Of a stretch of DNA of 64,000 nucleotides, positions 36,006-48,479 are shown one piece after another (positions within the stretch are counted from its first letter, which is position 1; the number at the start of each line of letters is the position of its first letter). A program made the translations under genes and the position numbers. The DNA comes from Squalus acanthias (lineage: Eukaryota): positions 176,950,001 to 177,014,000 of the forward strand of contig CM059425.1 in NCBI GenBank assembly GCA_030390025.1, in the 5' to 3' direction. Under the pieces are notes generated by a model. It searched no databases, had not been told where the DNA came from, and was given only the letters and a program-made list of their open reading frames with translations.

Positions 36006-37569
36006 TTGGGTTTTTAAGTCTCCATCTGTTGGCTGTAAGAGTCCTCCATGAAATTAGTTTGAACAACCCAATTCCTAGTGAACATGAACAAAAATGCTCC
36101 TAATTTGGTACTAATTGGTATTGAATTAGTAATCTCATTCAGATAGGCCACAGAATGGTGGATGTGAGAAATGGAAAAGGTCACACTTGTGCAGTAGGGT
36201 TCTTCTGAAGTTGGGGCAGAAGTTGGTTGCTTGGACAGAGTAGAGGGAGCTTTATCCTGCATCTAACTTTGCTATACCTTACTGGAGAGTGTTTAATGCT
36301 GATATTGGATGTCCAAAAATGATTAGCATAAAATGCATCAAAAATATCAAAGAAACCAGTAAAGATTATGTATTTGTGCATCATATTTGAGTATTTTCCA
36401 GTTCCTTATGGGGAAAATGTTTAAACTTAGAAACATTACACTTTCTTTTATAATCCAGCAACATCCATCCTCCCTTGTGAAGATTAGGGTGACTGTGGCT
36501 AATAGATTTATTCCACTTCTCATTTTCATAATATTATGACACTATAAAAAGGTGCCAGATAACAGAGTGGTGAACACTAAATATCCACTGTCTAAGTTTC
36601 AGCACTGAGCTGAGCATCTTTCTGATATAAGATGTCATTAGAACAGCATTTGCGACTTTACCATTGTGGTTGTGGACATTTCAAAATTACATTGGTGCCT
36701 CGAAAGCTCTGCTTCTGCGAGAAGGAAACAAATGCAGCTCACAAGAGGTCATGTTCTCTGCCTCCAGAACATGTTGTCTTGTTTATATTACAGGGCGGCT
36801 TCTGAAGGCTGGACTGCCACCAGAGGCAACACTGTAATATAAATGGGGTATAAAGACCGTAGTCATTCTGATAGATGGGATGGTCATTGGTAGATTACAA
36901 AGGAAAATACAGGATACATAACCTTTTCCATATATAATGATAAACCCTCAGGTAAGTATCACAATATAATTTTTATGAGTTTTGCCTGGAGAATTTCTTT
37001 AACTAGACTTTTATTTGGAATCCATACCACCCAAAGTTTAAAAAGTCCATCTTCTATTAATACTGATAGTCTTAACCTTTTCACATATATGTGAAAGTTT
37101 ATCAAACTTTAAACCAAAACATAAAGGATAGCTGTATAAATAGAATCATTGCTACATGCCTTCTGAACTGCTTTTGTTTGGTTCCAAATCTAGGTTTGTG
37201 CTGGTTAATGGGTTAATGGGTTAATGGGTTAATCTCCTTTCGACATATAAATCATTGACCACAAGGAAAAAACATTGCTCTTTTGTAGAAGACAAAAAGA
37301 CTCCAATAACAAACATCCTATTGAAAAAAGCCTCTCATTTATAATGTAAGAGTATATAATGTAATAATATAATGTATATTGTGATCTAATGGCATCATTA
37401 GATGAGTGATGCACTCTTTTAATGTCTTATTTGTTTGGATTGCTGCCTTACAGATCTCACACCTATTTTGAATCACTTTGAAGGGATGATATCATTCCTT
37501 TAGGGTGGTTTCAGGCAGGATCAGTTCTTGCAGCAGTCTGCTCTGAAAATTCAACTGTCAAGTATCCAT

Positions 37570-37760
37570 TAGTGAACCAGGTGGGTTTTTATAACAATCT
37601 GATAGCTTCATGGTCACTTTTGCTGACACCAGCTTTTTATTTCCAGATTTTTAAGCTGAATTCAAAATTCTCATACTGCCATGGTGGGATTTGAACTCAC
37701 GTTCTCTGGATTATTAGATCAGGCTTCTGGATTACTAGTCTAGTAACATAACCACTACTA
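37570..37760 (-). mobile_element. tRNA-derived SINE head
   Basis: Reverse strand shows A-box-like GTAGTGGTTA and B-box GAGTTCAAATCCC followed by SINE body. Confidence 0.6.
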
Positions 37761-38804
37761 GTTGGGTATTGTGGTACTCTGAGACCAGTATCTATATAGA
37801 GAAATGCAAGGTTGGTAGGTTCATGTCCTGTCTTGTTCTCTGCCCAGTCACTACAGAACTCTGCGCATACACATAAATACAGAGCTTCCTAACCAGCCCT
37901 CCAAATGTCTGTTAAATGTTAATCTCAGAATACAGCTGACAAGACAATCATTATCTGCTAGCATTAAAAAAAATGATGCTCAACATGTTCTCATATTGCC
38001 CAATGAACTGGGCTACAGTTATACTGCAATGGGTGCCAAGATAAATGGTGTAAGACCACCTCAGGGACCTGCTTTAATGGACAAAAAAAGTCACATGGGA
38101 TGTATTGATTCCCCCTCAACCAAATTCTCGATACGCACTCACATCGTGCAAAGCTCTGTGCCAGGGCACTAATTTGTTAAACTCTATCCCATGGCCTATT
38201 AAAATGTAATGCTCTGTCTCATAATTGCATTAATATTTTTAAAAAACCAAATTTTTAAATCAAACTGGACAGTTAGAAGTCAAACCTTTTTTTTTAAACG
38301 CTGACTTATGTATTAACACAGCAGATAGCTGCTACAATTAAGAGCACTGAAGCAGCCTACACAAGTAGTATTGTTTTGTTCAGGCGGTGATTATATTGTG
38401 CTACTGGTCTGAAACCGATAGCTACAGAGTGCTATTAGCATCTAACAACAGCAGAGTTGTGCTGCAGGCTGAGAATCAGGCTCCGAGGCCTAGGCAGAGT
38501 TTGCTGCTGTGTTCACTAACATCTTCACAGCTCCGCTCCCAGATGGTCATTTTTTAAAAACATATTGAGAGCTCCTGGGACTGTCTGTTTTCTCAAAGCA
38601 TGTAAAAAAAACTGGCTGCGATTAAGTTTGTAAAGTTCCTAGGAGGTCCAACCGATTCTAGAGTGCTGATTAGACCTGGGGCTTGACACCTCCCTGGAGA
38701 TATACTCCACCACGGTGTGTAGCCCAGCAGCATAAGACCACCTCCTCCAGGGGGTCTCATACCGCTGCATTCTAGGAACATTGCCCCACGCTTGTTGTTA
38801 TATT

Positions 38805-39228
38805 CCTATCAGACAATGAGCCTGTTCTGCCATTCAATTAGATGATGGCTCATCTGTATCTTCCATTTGCATGCCTTGGTTCCATATCCCTTAATTTCCC
38901 TAGCCTAACAAAATTCTATCAATCTCAGTTTTGAAATTGTCAATTGACCGAGCCTCAACAGCTTTTTGGGAGAGTAAATTCAAGATTTTCACTACCCTTT
39001 GTGTGAAGAAGTGCTTTCTGACATCATCCCTGAACTGCCTAGCTCTAGTTCTGGACTTCTCCACCAGAGGAAATAGTTTCTCTCTATCTACCCTATCAAC
39101 TCCTTTAATAGGATTACAAGCCTAGTCTATGCAACCTGTCCTCGTAATTTATCTCTTTTAGCCCCTATAATTTCTGGAGAATCTGTGCTGCAGCCCATCC
39201 AAGGCCAATATATCCTTCCTGAGGTGTT
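38805..39228 (-). mobile_element. CR1 LINE 3' fragment
   Basis: Similar to other CR1 3' ends (TTCACTACCCTTTGTGTGAAGAAG, CCATTCAATTAGAT..GGCT). Confidence 0.7.
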
Positions 39229-39378
39229 GGATTTAGATTGGGATTCATACTGTAATTTTTACACCCCAACCCAGCAAACCCCACTGGCAACAACACAGAA
39301 GAGACACTGTCAATACACTTTTCTTTTCAGCTGGTAGAAGCTGTTGCCCTGTCAGCAGCGGCGGGGGGTGACACCTAC

Positions 39379-39628
39379 CTGTCCGAGTGAGCCTGTCGAG
39401 CCTCTCGACACTGGCCGAGGAGAGGCGGCGGACTCTGGGGCTGCTGACGGGAGTGGCCGGGTTGGAGAACTCCAAGTCCGGCTCGGCGTTCGCCTCCTCC
39501 CGGGACAGCAGCAGCTCTTTGGCGCATTTGTGACAGACACTGTGCTGGCAGGGCAGGATCAGGGGGTGAGTGAAGAGCTCCTTACACGACGGGCAGATCA
39601 GCTCCCGCTCGATGTTTTTAATGGGAAC
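39379..39628 (-). CDS. TRIM36: TRIM36-like exon 2: first half of the split RING finger (VPIKNIERELICPSCKELFTHPLILPCQHSVCHKC...)
   Basis: Acceptor ttttgcag|GTT, donor ACA G|gtaggt, 250 nt ending in phase 1. Near-identical to the TRIM36 KNIERELICPxCKELFTHPLILPCQHS motif. Confidence 0.93.
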
Positions 39629-40080
39629 CTGCAAAAAGGAGAGAGACGCTCAACCACACCCAGCGCTGCAACTAAACAACAGACACCAGCTGGCACTCGC
39701 TTCTGCAAACTCCTGGAAAGCAGACAGGTGTTTTAGTCAACACTCGCATCACTATTTTAATATATAAAAGTTTTTTTTAAGTGATCCACATAGACAATAA
39801 CATGCAAGGCATTCTGAGAAGTTATCGAATCTGTGCTGAACATTACAGCAACAAGGAAAGGTTGCAAAATGTATCCCACATTGACAAGCTGAAGAGGGCA
39901 AACAGCAGCGAGTGTGTGGGTGATGGAGGAATGCTGATCTGCATCACTGGGCGATGAGAAACGAGTCACACTTTTCGGGCCAGTTTGTTCAACCGAGAGA
40001 CAAATAAGCTGTGTGTGCCTCAGTCCCGCAAACTTCTCACCTCAGACCGCTGCAGGAAGTCAACAAGCTTCACTACTTAC

Positions 40081-40104
40081 ACGTTTGTGCTTTTTAACCG
40101 ACAT
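40081..40104 (-). CDS. Candidate alternative first coding exon of the TRIM gene (MSVKKHKR)
   Basis: ACC-ATG context, 8 codons, then a consensus GTAAGT donor in phase 0 that is compatible with exon 2. Confidence 0.45.
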
Positions 40105-41055
40105 GGTCCAGATTTAGCTCCTTGTCTCATATCGACATTCACACCGGTTATAAGAACTGTAAATATGGGCGAGCGAGAGTTCAGCAGCAGTCAATCTGCA
40201 GACTGGCACAGGGATTTAACTGGGAGGGACCCCGGGTCCCAGCGAGAACCAAACTTGGCAGAGAGGAAAACTGGGCTGGAGGAAGGGTCGCCATGGAAAC
40301 CGCCACTAAAGCTGCAAGTTTTAACGCAAGCCCCTTCTTCTGGATCCGCCCTGTCTGCCTGACCACCAGTTACAGAACAAGTTCTGGACAGACGGCGGAA
40401 CGAGCTGCCCAGAGCCGCGATAGAATCAGCTGAAGCAGGAGTGGAAATCCCACAGCGATGCCCACAGACAGCAGTTGCAGAGTATGTGAACCTGGCCCGC
40501 ACACAGTGCAGTGCAGTGCTCGGATTCAATCCAGCTGACGCGGATACTAAACGGGACCCATTGATTTAGTGGGCACGTTCGCCCAGCAACACTGTGTTAG
40601 CTTCCCACTCGGGCAGAGAGCAGGGACCGGGGGTGAAGAGTCACATTTACAGCCTCGGCCCCTCACAGACCCCCCGAGGACTGCTCGCCGAGACCCCCCT
40701 GCAGGACTAAGCAAACCCAGGGCAATGCCAGCCGCTTCAGCACTGGTAGCCACCGGGGCAGCCGGCAGTCAGACAGAGTTAGAGGGGATGTGTAGGGGAC
40801 CGGGTCCTGCACTCTCTGGCAGTCTGCCTGCGGACTGTGCCCGACCGGCTCCCAGTGCCTGCTCTGCACCTCGAAGGAGACAGAACGGGATCAGGATGGA
40901 CCGCGACCTGCAGACTCATTGACTGATACCGGAATGTGGCCATTACAAGAGCTCGGTGCTCTGGATTTGGATGGAGGGGAACCCGTCCCGTGCACCCAGG
41001 CTGGAGATCGCCTGCCCTGTACATACACACACACAGAGCCCGGAGGACCGCCTAC

Positions 41056-41124
41056 CTCACCACTGGAGATCCTGTCAACGATGAATCCAAACTCACTTAT
41101 ATCATCCGAATCGGACATGCTCAT
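41056..41124 (-). CDS. TRIM36: TRIM36-like E3 ligase, coding exon 1 (MSMSDSDDISEFGFIVDRISSGE)
   Basis: Resembles the TRIM36 N-terminus as recalled (MSESGEMSEFGYIMELIAKGK). Ends GAG|gtaggc in phase 0, matching exon 2. The start could be the second ATG at 41118. Confidence 0.8.
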
Positions 41125-42464
41125 GGTTAAAGGCAGTTTCCTGGGTAAAAGCCAGTCGGAGAGTGTGTGCAGAGGTGCTTTCCCTCCCTGTCCCGAGAAT
41201 GACTTTACAGATCCTGCCCAGCCAGGTAGCTGGGGACAGGCTGGAGAGGTCCGATCTGATCAGCCAGTGGAACCACACTGAAGCCCTCGGCTCGGCCCAG
41301 ACTCCACCGTTCGAGTCACTCTCCTGGATCCCAAACCCCGCCCACAGTGGACAGACCAGGGCGTGGAGTGGCGGTATTACCGACCCAGAACCAGCAGGCG
41401 AGACACGCTGATCACCACTCGCCAACACTTCTGCAAACAGATGGGAGCATTACACTAATGGGTTTAGCACAGCCGCCGTCTCCCAGGTCACCAGTTACCG
41501 TCCCTCAGCTGGAGCTGACCCACAGGAGCACCGACAGCAATATCCTGCTCTCTAGCTGTTTTCCAAAGAACAGAAAATCATTAAAATACACTTCTAGGAC
41601 AATTCTAATTCCTGCACTGGTTTCAGGGACCCCATCTTGTACCCGGGGACGAGTTACTCTCGGTTGATTTATAGAATATTAAAATAAGTGTTTAATGGAA
41701 TTGATCTCGGCTTTCCATCGGAGAGCTCGCTAACTGTCCCAGCAGGTTTAAATAATATATACGCTGCATGCAGTTTGTCCGTGTTAGAGCTTCAGACAGA
41801 TGGTGGGCAAGGTCAGAGAGATTGAATAGGGACAAAAACGATGACATTGAAATAGTGGCGATTCTATCTATATTAGAGGTTACTTAAAGCCTGAAATACA
41901 CAGAGGCAACGGGTGGTTTTTGTGAGGGGCGGGGTGCTTCAGTTTAGCTCTCAGCTGGTTCTCTCGCGTCTCTGAGCTCAGACAGTGCTGCAGTGCCAAA
42001 CATCGATCCATTCATTTCCAGCCTTCTCTGCTGCCTGTTTCTCGCTGGCTCTGCACATCTCACCGCCACACCCTCACCCTCATCACAGAGCCCGGCCCCG
42101 AGACATGGGGCAAAGTCACAAAATACGCACAGAGGAAGATCATTAGCTCGACCATTCAGAAAGCGCCTAAAGGCTTCGTCAGTGCGCCCAGAATGTTTCT
42201 CAATCATTTGCCATAACTGGGGGGGGAGGAGGAGCAATAACCTGTTATCGTTTAAAGGAGTCATTCGACCCGGTTGTAATCCACGCTTCGAGACGGTGCC
42301 GAAATTCTGACATTGTTGTCGCTATTGGATGCGGATTGGCTCCAATTCAACAGGTGCAAACCCAGATACAGCCTCCAAAAACAAACAAACAATCGGACTC
42401 GGAAATGCTGAGCTCAGGTGAACTCTTCCCAAAACTGCTGGACAGATCGGAATACAGGGTAGAA

Positions 42465-43375
42465 TTTCTAAATTTGCCTAGGACACCAAACTTGGGGGTG
42501 TGGCAAACAGTGAGGATGATACCAATGGACTGCAACAGGACATAAAAAGACTGGCAGAATGGGCAGACAAGTGGCAGATGGAATTTAATACAGGGAAGTG
42601 TGAAGTGATACATTTTGGCAGAAGGAACAGGAAGAGGTAATATACACTTAATGGCACAGTTTTAAAGAGTGTGCAGGGGTAGAGGGACCTGGGAGTTAAT
42701 GTGCATTGGTCTTTGAATATTGAGAGAGTGGTTAGCAAAGCATATGGGATCTTGGGCTTCATAAATAGAAGTATTGAGTACAAAAGTAGAGAAGTTATGC
42801 TGAACCTTTATAAAGCACTAGTTAGGCCACAACTGGAGTATTACGTCCAGTTCTAGTCACCACACTTTAGGAAGGATGTGAAGGCCCTTGAGAGGGTGCA
42901 GAGGAGATTTACCCAAATGGTTCCGGGGATGGGGGATCTTAGCTACAAGGACAGGTTGGAGAAGCTGGATTTGTTTTCATTGGAGCAAAGGAGGTTGCGG
43001 GGTGATTTGATGGAGGTATACAAGATTATGACGGGTTTGGATAGGCTAGATGGGGAAAGGCTGTTCCCACTAGTTGATGGTACAAGGACTAGGGGACACA
43101 GATTTAAGGTTTTGGGCAAGAGATACAGGGGGGATGCAAGGAAAAACTTTTTACGCAGCGAGTGGTGAGGGCCTGGAACTCGCTGCCGACAGAAGTGGTG
43201 GAAGTGGAGACACTCAATGTTTTCAAGGGGAGACTGGATAGGTACTTGAGGGAAATAAACTTGCAGGGCTACGGGGATAGAGCGGGGGAAATGGGACTGA
43301 CTCAATTGCTCTACAGAGAGCCAGCACGGACTGGATGGGCCGAATGGCCTCCTTCTGTGCCATTATGACTCTATG
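42465..43375 (+). mobile_element. CR1 LINE ORF2 3' end and tail
   Basis: KALERVQRRFTQMVPGM..LEQRRLRGDL..TRGHRFK, ending GGGCCGAATGGCCT..ATGACTCTATG. Confidence 0.92.
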
Positions 43376-44264
43376 GTGACAAAGCAGTGACTATTTTTGT
43401 CATGACTTGACTTGCAAATACACCGCGGAAACACACACTTTGTTTATGTAAATTCAAACTTGCCATTTATTTCTGTCCCAGTCAAGGTCCGCAGAGCTGC
43501 CCGGGCTCGATGCAACATTGTACATCGCTATTCACGATGTGTCTAACATGAATACATCGTGCATATCTCAACATATTGAAAGTTAGTACCGCTCCTGCAG
43601 CCTCGCTTCTGTAAGTGTTCCAGACGGACCATTAATATGCATAGAGGACATGATCATACAAACTACAATAAGACATTTAACCCCTGCTCTAAACCTTGTG
43701 TTTTCTGAATTACAATTTCCCTACACTGATCTTACACTTCCCACGTATACATCAGTCCATTGGTAATTTACCGTGGAGATGAGTCCAGGGCACAACATTT
43801 TATTCATTGTAAACAAAAAAGAAAGCCTTGCATTTATATGGCGCCTTTCACGATCACCGGATGTCTCAAAGCGCTTTATAGCCAATGAAGTACTTTTGAA
43901 GTGGAGTCACTGTTGTAATGTGGGAAAACAAGGGCGACACCTGGATTCTATTTTCTAACTGGGGAAAATAGTCAAAATACATGCAAAACTATTTTAATAT
44001 ACATTTACCCATGATAAAAAATATTCTTACACTAATACGACCGTGCAGATTAATCTTTTAGGCAGTGGTGGAACTTGTCCCCCACTCAGAGAGAATCATG
44101 ACACCCATCACTTTGAGGTAGGCCAATCTTGTATGTCAGGGTTCGGTCAAAACTGACTGGAAATAATTTACTCACTTAACGTTTCAATTCCAGAGTGCGG
44201 TCACGTTGTCATTTTGAGCCCGATCGGAATGGCAGCGCGGCATTGGATGACATGGTTAAAAGCA

Positions 44265-44540
44265 TCATAGAATGATACACACAGAAGGAGGCCATTCAGC
44301 CCACCATGCTTGTGGCGGCTCTCTGAAAGTTACTATTGAATCTGCTTCCACCGCCCTTTCAGGTAGTGCATTCCAGATCACAACAACTCTCTGCGTGAAA
44401 CATTTTTTCCTCATGTCGCCTCTGGTTCTTTTGCCAATTACCTTAAATTTGTGTCTTCTGGTTACTGACGCTTCTGCCACTGAAAACAGTTTCTCCTTAT
44501 TTTCTCTATCAAAACCCTTCATGATTTTGAACATCTCTAT
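44265..44540 (-). mobile_element. CR1 LINE 3' fragment
   Basis: FKIMKGFDRENKEKLF..FTQRVVVIWNALPERAVEA. Confidence 0.85.
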
Positions 44541-44557
44541 CTATGTACGGATCCGTT

Positions 44558-44830
44558 ATCTGCATTTATATAGCGCCTTTCATGACCACAGGACATCCCA
44601 AACTGCTTTACAGCCAATGAAGTACTTTTTTGAAGTGTAGTCACTGTAGTAATGTAGGATATGTGGCAGCCATTTTGCGCACAGCAAGGTCCCACATACA
44701 ACAATGTGATAATGACTAGATAATCTTTTTTAGTAATGTTGGTTAAGGGATAAATATTGGCCAGGACACCAGGGAGAATTCCCCAGCTCTTCTTTGAAAT
44801 AGTGTCATTGGATCTTTTATGTCCCAGCCG
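44558..44830 (-). mobile_element. Deu-domain type SINE (short 3' pieces also at about 21630-21735 and 43815-43925)
   Basis: TGCATTTATATAGCGCCTTTCATGACC..TTTACAGCCAATGAAGTAC is shared by three loci. Confidence 0.7.
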
Positions 44831-46044
44831 AAAATCCCTGGAGTAGGACTTAAACCCATCTTGGATCACGGCTGACACAAGGATTCCCAGCATCAAGCAT
44901 AGTACAAAAGTACATCACCTTAAAAAGTGCCTTAATCCTGACCTTAGATTACAATCTTGAACCCGTTACATAGTTCTGTTTATTTTGTTTTTTGAAATCA
45001 CTTTTTATGCCAGTCACTGTCAGTATGTTCAGTGTCTTTAATGATGTTCTCAAGAATATTGATTACTTGTGGACATCATGAAAAGGGCTCTGGTGAGTAT
45101 TATTGTACAATAATTGTCAGAATTTTGCATTCAGTCACTTCATCTCTAAAGTAGGCTTTCTGATCTTGCTGCTGGTATCTCCAGCAATGACGGAAACATC
45201 CCCCACAGTAATTAAAAGGTGAAACATATGCCAAACAATTGCACCGGAACTCACTTGAATGCCCCGCGGTAGCATTCTAACATAAAAATGAAAGTATTTT
45301 GTCTAAAACAAATAGAATGTTATAATGCTGTCATCTAACTGCTGTGTCTACAAGATACACATAACATGATCGAGCTTTGTTCTTATTAAATCATTGACTA
45401 GATTACAGTATTGCAACTCACTCAAAAGTATCGATTATATTTTTGTCAAAATATATCTGAAATAGCCATCTCATTTCAGGAATGAGCCCCATTTATTGCA
45501 CCCCTACTTTATAGCCTAGATAATAACTGGAGCAGGTCCAACTTCATGGCAAAAAGTACTGGGGGTGCATTTTTGACGAAGTTCTCTTGCTCGTCCCATG
45601 TAACTTTGGCGGGAGAGCCACAAAATTCCCAGGAAAATGGTGCAAACAGCAGTTATGCAGTTTTCCTGGTGTTTCCACAGTTTTTCCGCTGAAGTTATGG
45701 TAGACAATCAGGAAATTCACCCTCCTACAGTACAAACTCCCTATTCAAACCAGAACAAAAGGCACGTTTCTCGTTTAGGTTACATTTTGGTTGAATCTAG
45801 AGTCATCATTGTAAATAAGGTTAGGGTAACTTCAGTTCCGTCTTTAATCTATGCTAGTCAGGCTCAAAATAGCATTATGTGTAGCAATATCCCAACTGTT
45901 GGGAGAGGAGCTCTGTGTAGGTACGTAACCAGTCTGCAGCATCACTTATATTGGAAGAAATTCACTTATTTGTTTTAAGACTATAATCCATTTTTATGTG
46001 CCTCACTCTTAAAAATAAACACAGCTTTTGTGTTTAAAAGTGCT

Positions 46045-47410
46045 TGTGATCTATTAGAAAGAATTCTGAAGGACAGGATAAATCTTCATTTAGAAAGACA
46101 CGGATTAATCAAGGATAGTCAGCACGGATTTGTTAAGGGAAGGTCGTGTCTGACTAACCTGATTGAATTTTTTGAGGAGGTAACAAGGAGGGTAGATGAG
46201 GGTTAGTGCATTTGATGTAGTGTATATGGACTTTAGCAAGGCTTTTGATAAGGTTCCACATGGCAGACTGGTCACAAAGTTAAAAGCCCATGGGATCCAG
46301 GGCAAAGTGTCAAGTTGGATTCAAAACTGGCTCAGAGACAGGAAGCAGAGGGTGATGGTTGATGGGTGTTTTTGTGACAGGAAGGCTGTTTCCAGTGGGT
46401 TTCCACAGGGCTCAGAACTCGGTCCCTTGCTTTTTGTGGTATATATCAACGATCTTGACTTGAATATAGGGCGTATGATTAAGAAGTTTGCAGATGATAC
46501 TAAAATCGGCTGTGTGGTTGATACTGAAGAAGGAAGCTGTAGACTGCAGGAAGATATCAATAAATTGGTCAGGTGGGCAGAACAGTGGCAAATGGAATTC
46601 AATCCGGAGAAGTGTGAGGTAATGCATCTGGGGAGGGCTAACAAGGAAAGGGAATACACATTAAATGGTAGGACACTGAGTAGTGTAGAGGAACAAAGGG
46701 ACCTTGGAGTGTATGTCCACAGATCCCTGAAGGTAGCAGGCCAAGTAGATAAGGTGGTTAAGAAGGCATACGGAATGCTTGCCTTTATTAGCCGTGGCAT
46801 AGAATACAAGAGCAGGGGGGTTATGCTTCAATTGTATAAAACACTAGTTAGGCCTCAGCTAGAGTACTGCGTGCAGTTCTAGTCACCACATTACAGGAAA
46901 GATGTGATTGCACTAGAGAGGGTACAGAGGAGATTTACAAGGATGTTACCGGGTGTAGAGAATCTTAGCTATGAGGAAAGACTGGATAGGCTGGGTCTGT
47001 TTTCCTTGGAACAGAGGAGGCTGAGGGGAGACCTTATTGAGGTGTATAAAATTATGAGGGGCATAGATAAAGTGGATAGAAAGGACCTATTTCCCTTAGC
47101 AGAGGGGTCAAAAACCAGGGGGCACAGATTTAAAGTAATTGGGGGAAGGTTTAGAGGGGATTTGAGGGGAAATTTCTTCACCCAGAGGGTTGTGGGGGTC
47201 TGGAACTCACTGCCTGAAAGGGTGGTAGAGGCAGGAACCCTAACTACATTTAAAAAGTACTTGGATGTGCACTTGGGATGCTCTAACCTGCAGGGTTACG
47301 GACCAAGAACTGGGAAGTGGGATTAGGCTGGATAGCTCTTTGTTGGCCGGCGCGGACACGATGGGCCGAAATGGCCTCCTTCCGTGCTGTAACTTTCTAT
47401 GATTCTATGA
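46045..47410 (+). mobile_element. CR1 LINE reverse transcriptase region, 5'-truncated
   Basis: YMDFSKAFDKVPH, PQGSELGPLLF, KFADDTK, YKTLVRPQLEYCVQF, and an (ATTCTATG)n-like tail. One frameshift and one stop. Confidence 0.96.
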
Positions 47411-47783
47411 CTTACTATTTTCATTGCTAATTTTACTCTTTAATACCCTAATTTTGACAGCTTTGGGCACTAATGTCACAGTGGGGTGTGATTATTTGGA
47501 TGGGGCTAAGACACATTGTGAAGAGTGCCTAATAAGAGATTTACTCTATCTAACCTGTGCTATAGCTAAACTGGAAATGTATAACGGTGACCGTGATTGC
47601 TCACAGTGGAAAATGTTTCATTCTGTAACACAGCTGACAACAAGAAAATCACTGCCAATACTGGGACAAATAAATTCTACTGTGGAATAAACAGACCAAA
47701 ACATAAGTGGAGTCATGTTGAACATTCTTTGCATAAACCTAAATTTAATCCTAAACTATTAACTGGATCAACTAACAGGCGAT

Positions 47784-48479
47784 GGCCCTGATATTTATGG
47801 GGAGGCGGGATAGGCCAAAAACGGCCAAAGAAGCTGGCAAAGCCAGGGACATGGAGGTCCTGCCAAACTTAACGGTCCTTGGCAATCGGGAGGGGGGAGA
47901 GAGGCCGCGATCGGGAGGGGGGAGAGAGGCCGCGATCGGGAGGGGGGAGAGAGGCCGCGATCGGGAGGGGTTGGGGGGGGGGGGGAGAGGCCGCGATCGG
48001 GAGGGGGGAGAGAGGCCATGAATCAGGAGGGCTGGGGAGGCTGACGATTGGGACTGGCGGGCGGGGGGGGGGGGGGGGGGGGGGGGAGAGAAGTTGCCAA
48101 TCAGGCCTGGGGTAAGCCAAAGGTTTCCTTAAAGGGTTGGGGGAGCACTCCTGCTCCTCCTGGCCCACAAGGAGTGCTGAAAGAGGCATTTACCTTGTGG
48201 AGCCAGCAGCTCCTGCCTCCCTTTCACTGCTGGGTTTCCCAACACCTGGGAAACCTGTGCAGCACCAGTCCCAATTGCACTGTGGGAGCCTGATTTAAAT
48301 ATGTTAATTAAGTGTCCTGCCTCTCCATGGCGGCACTCTCGGACACCCTGATTTTCATTGTCGTAAAAAAGGTGGGTGGAGGGGCGCTAGGGCGGCGTGT
48401 TCCCCGTATTTAACTCTTTAACCCTTCCCGACCCTCTTCCGCCCTTCATGCAGGGTGGGGGTTGATTAATATCGAGGCC
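47784..48479. mobile_element. MITE with an internal G-rich 25-bp tandem repeat (about 47885-48020); related inverted piece at about 48650-48909
   Basis: TIRs GGCCCTGATATT / AATATCGAGGCC. Repeat unit GAGAGGCCGCGATCGGGAGGGGGGA. Confidence 0.7.

Larger units (their letters stand above)
39350..42330. promoter_or_regulatory. CpG-enriched, repeat-poor region around the TRIM gene 5' end (likely promoter/CpG island)
   Basis: CpG and GC content are visibly higher than in the flanks and there are no recognisable TEs. The region spans exons 1-2. Not quantified. Confidence 0.5.

Noticed and set aside
37203..37233. Telomere-like (GGGTTAAT)n
   Set aside because: It is an 8-bp microsatellite of about 4 copies, not TTAGGG.
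37570..37760. tRNA gene
   Set aside because: A/B boxes are present but there is no convincing cloverleaf, and the sequence continues into a SINE body.
40122..42310. Many overlapping 60-125 aa ORFs near the gene 5' end
   Set aside because: They have no recognisable domains and are expected in GC-rich promoter or UTR sequence.
47782..48293. Gly/Arg- and Pro-rich ORFs
   Set aside because: They are translations of a G-rich repeat within a MITE.
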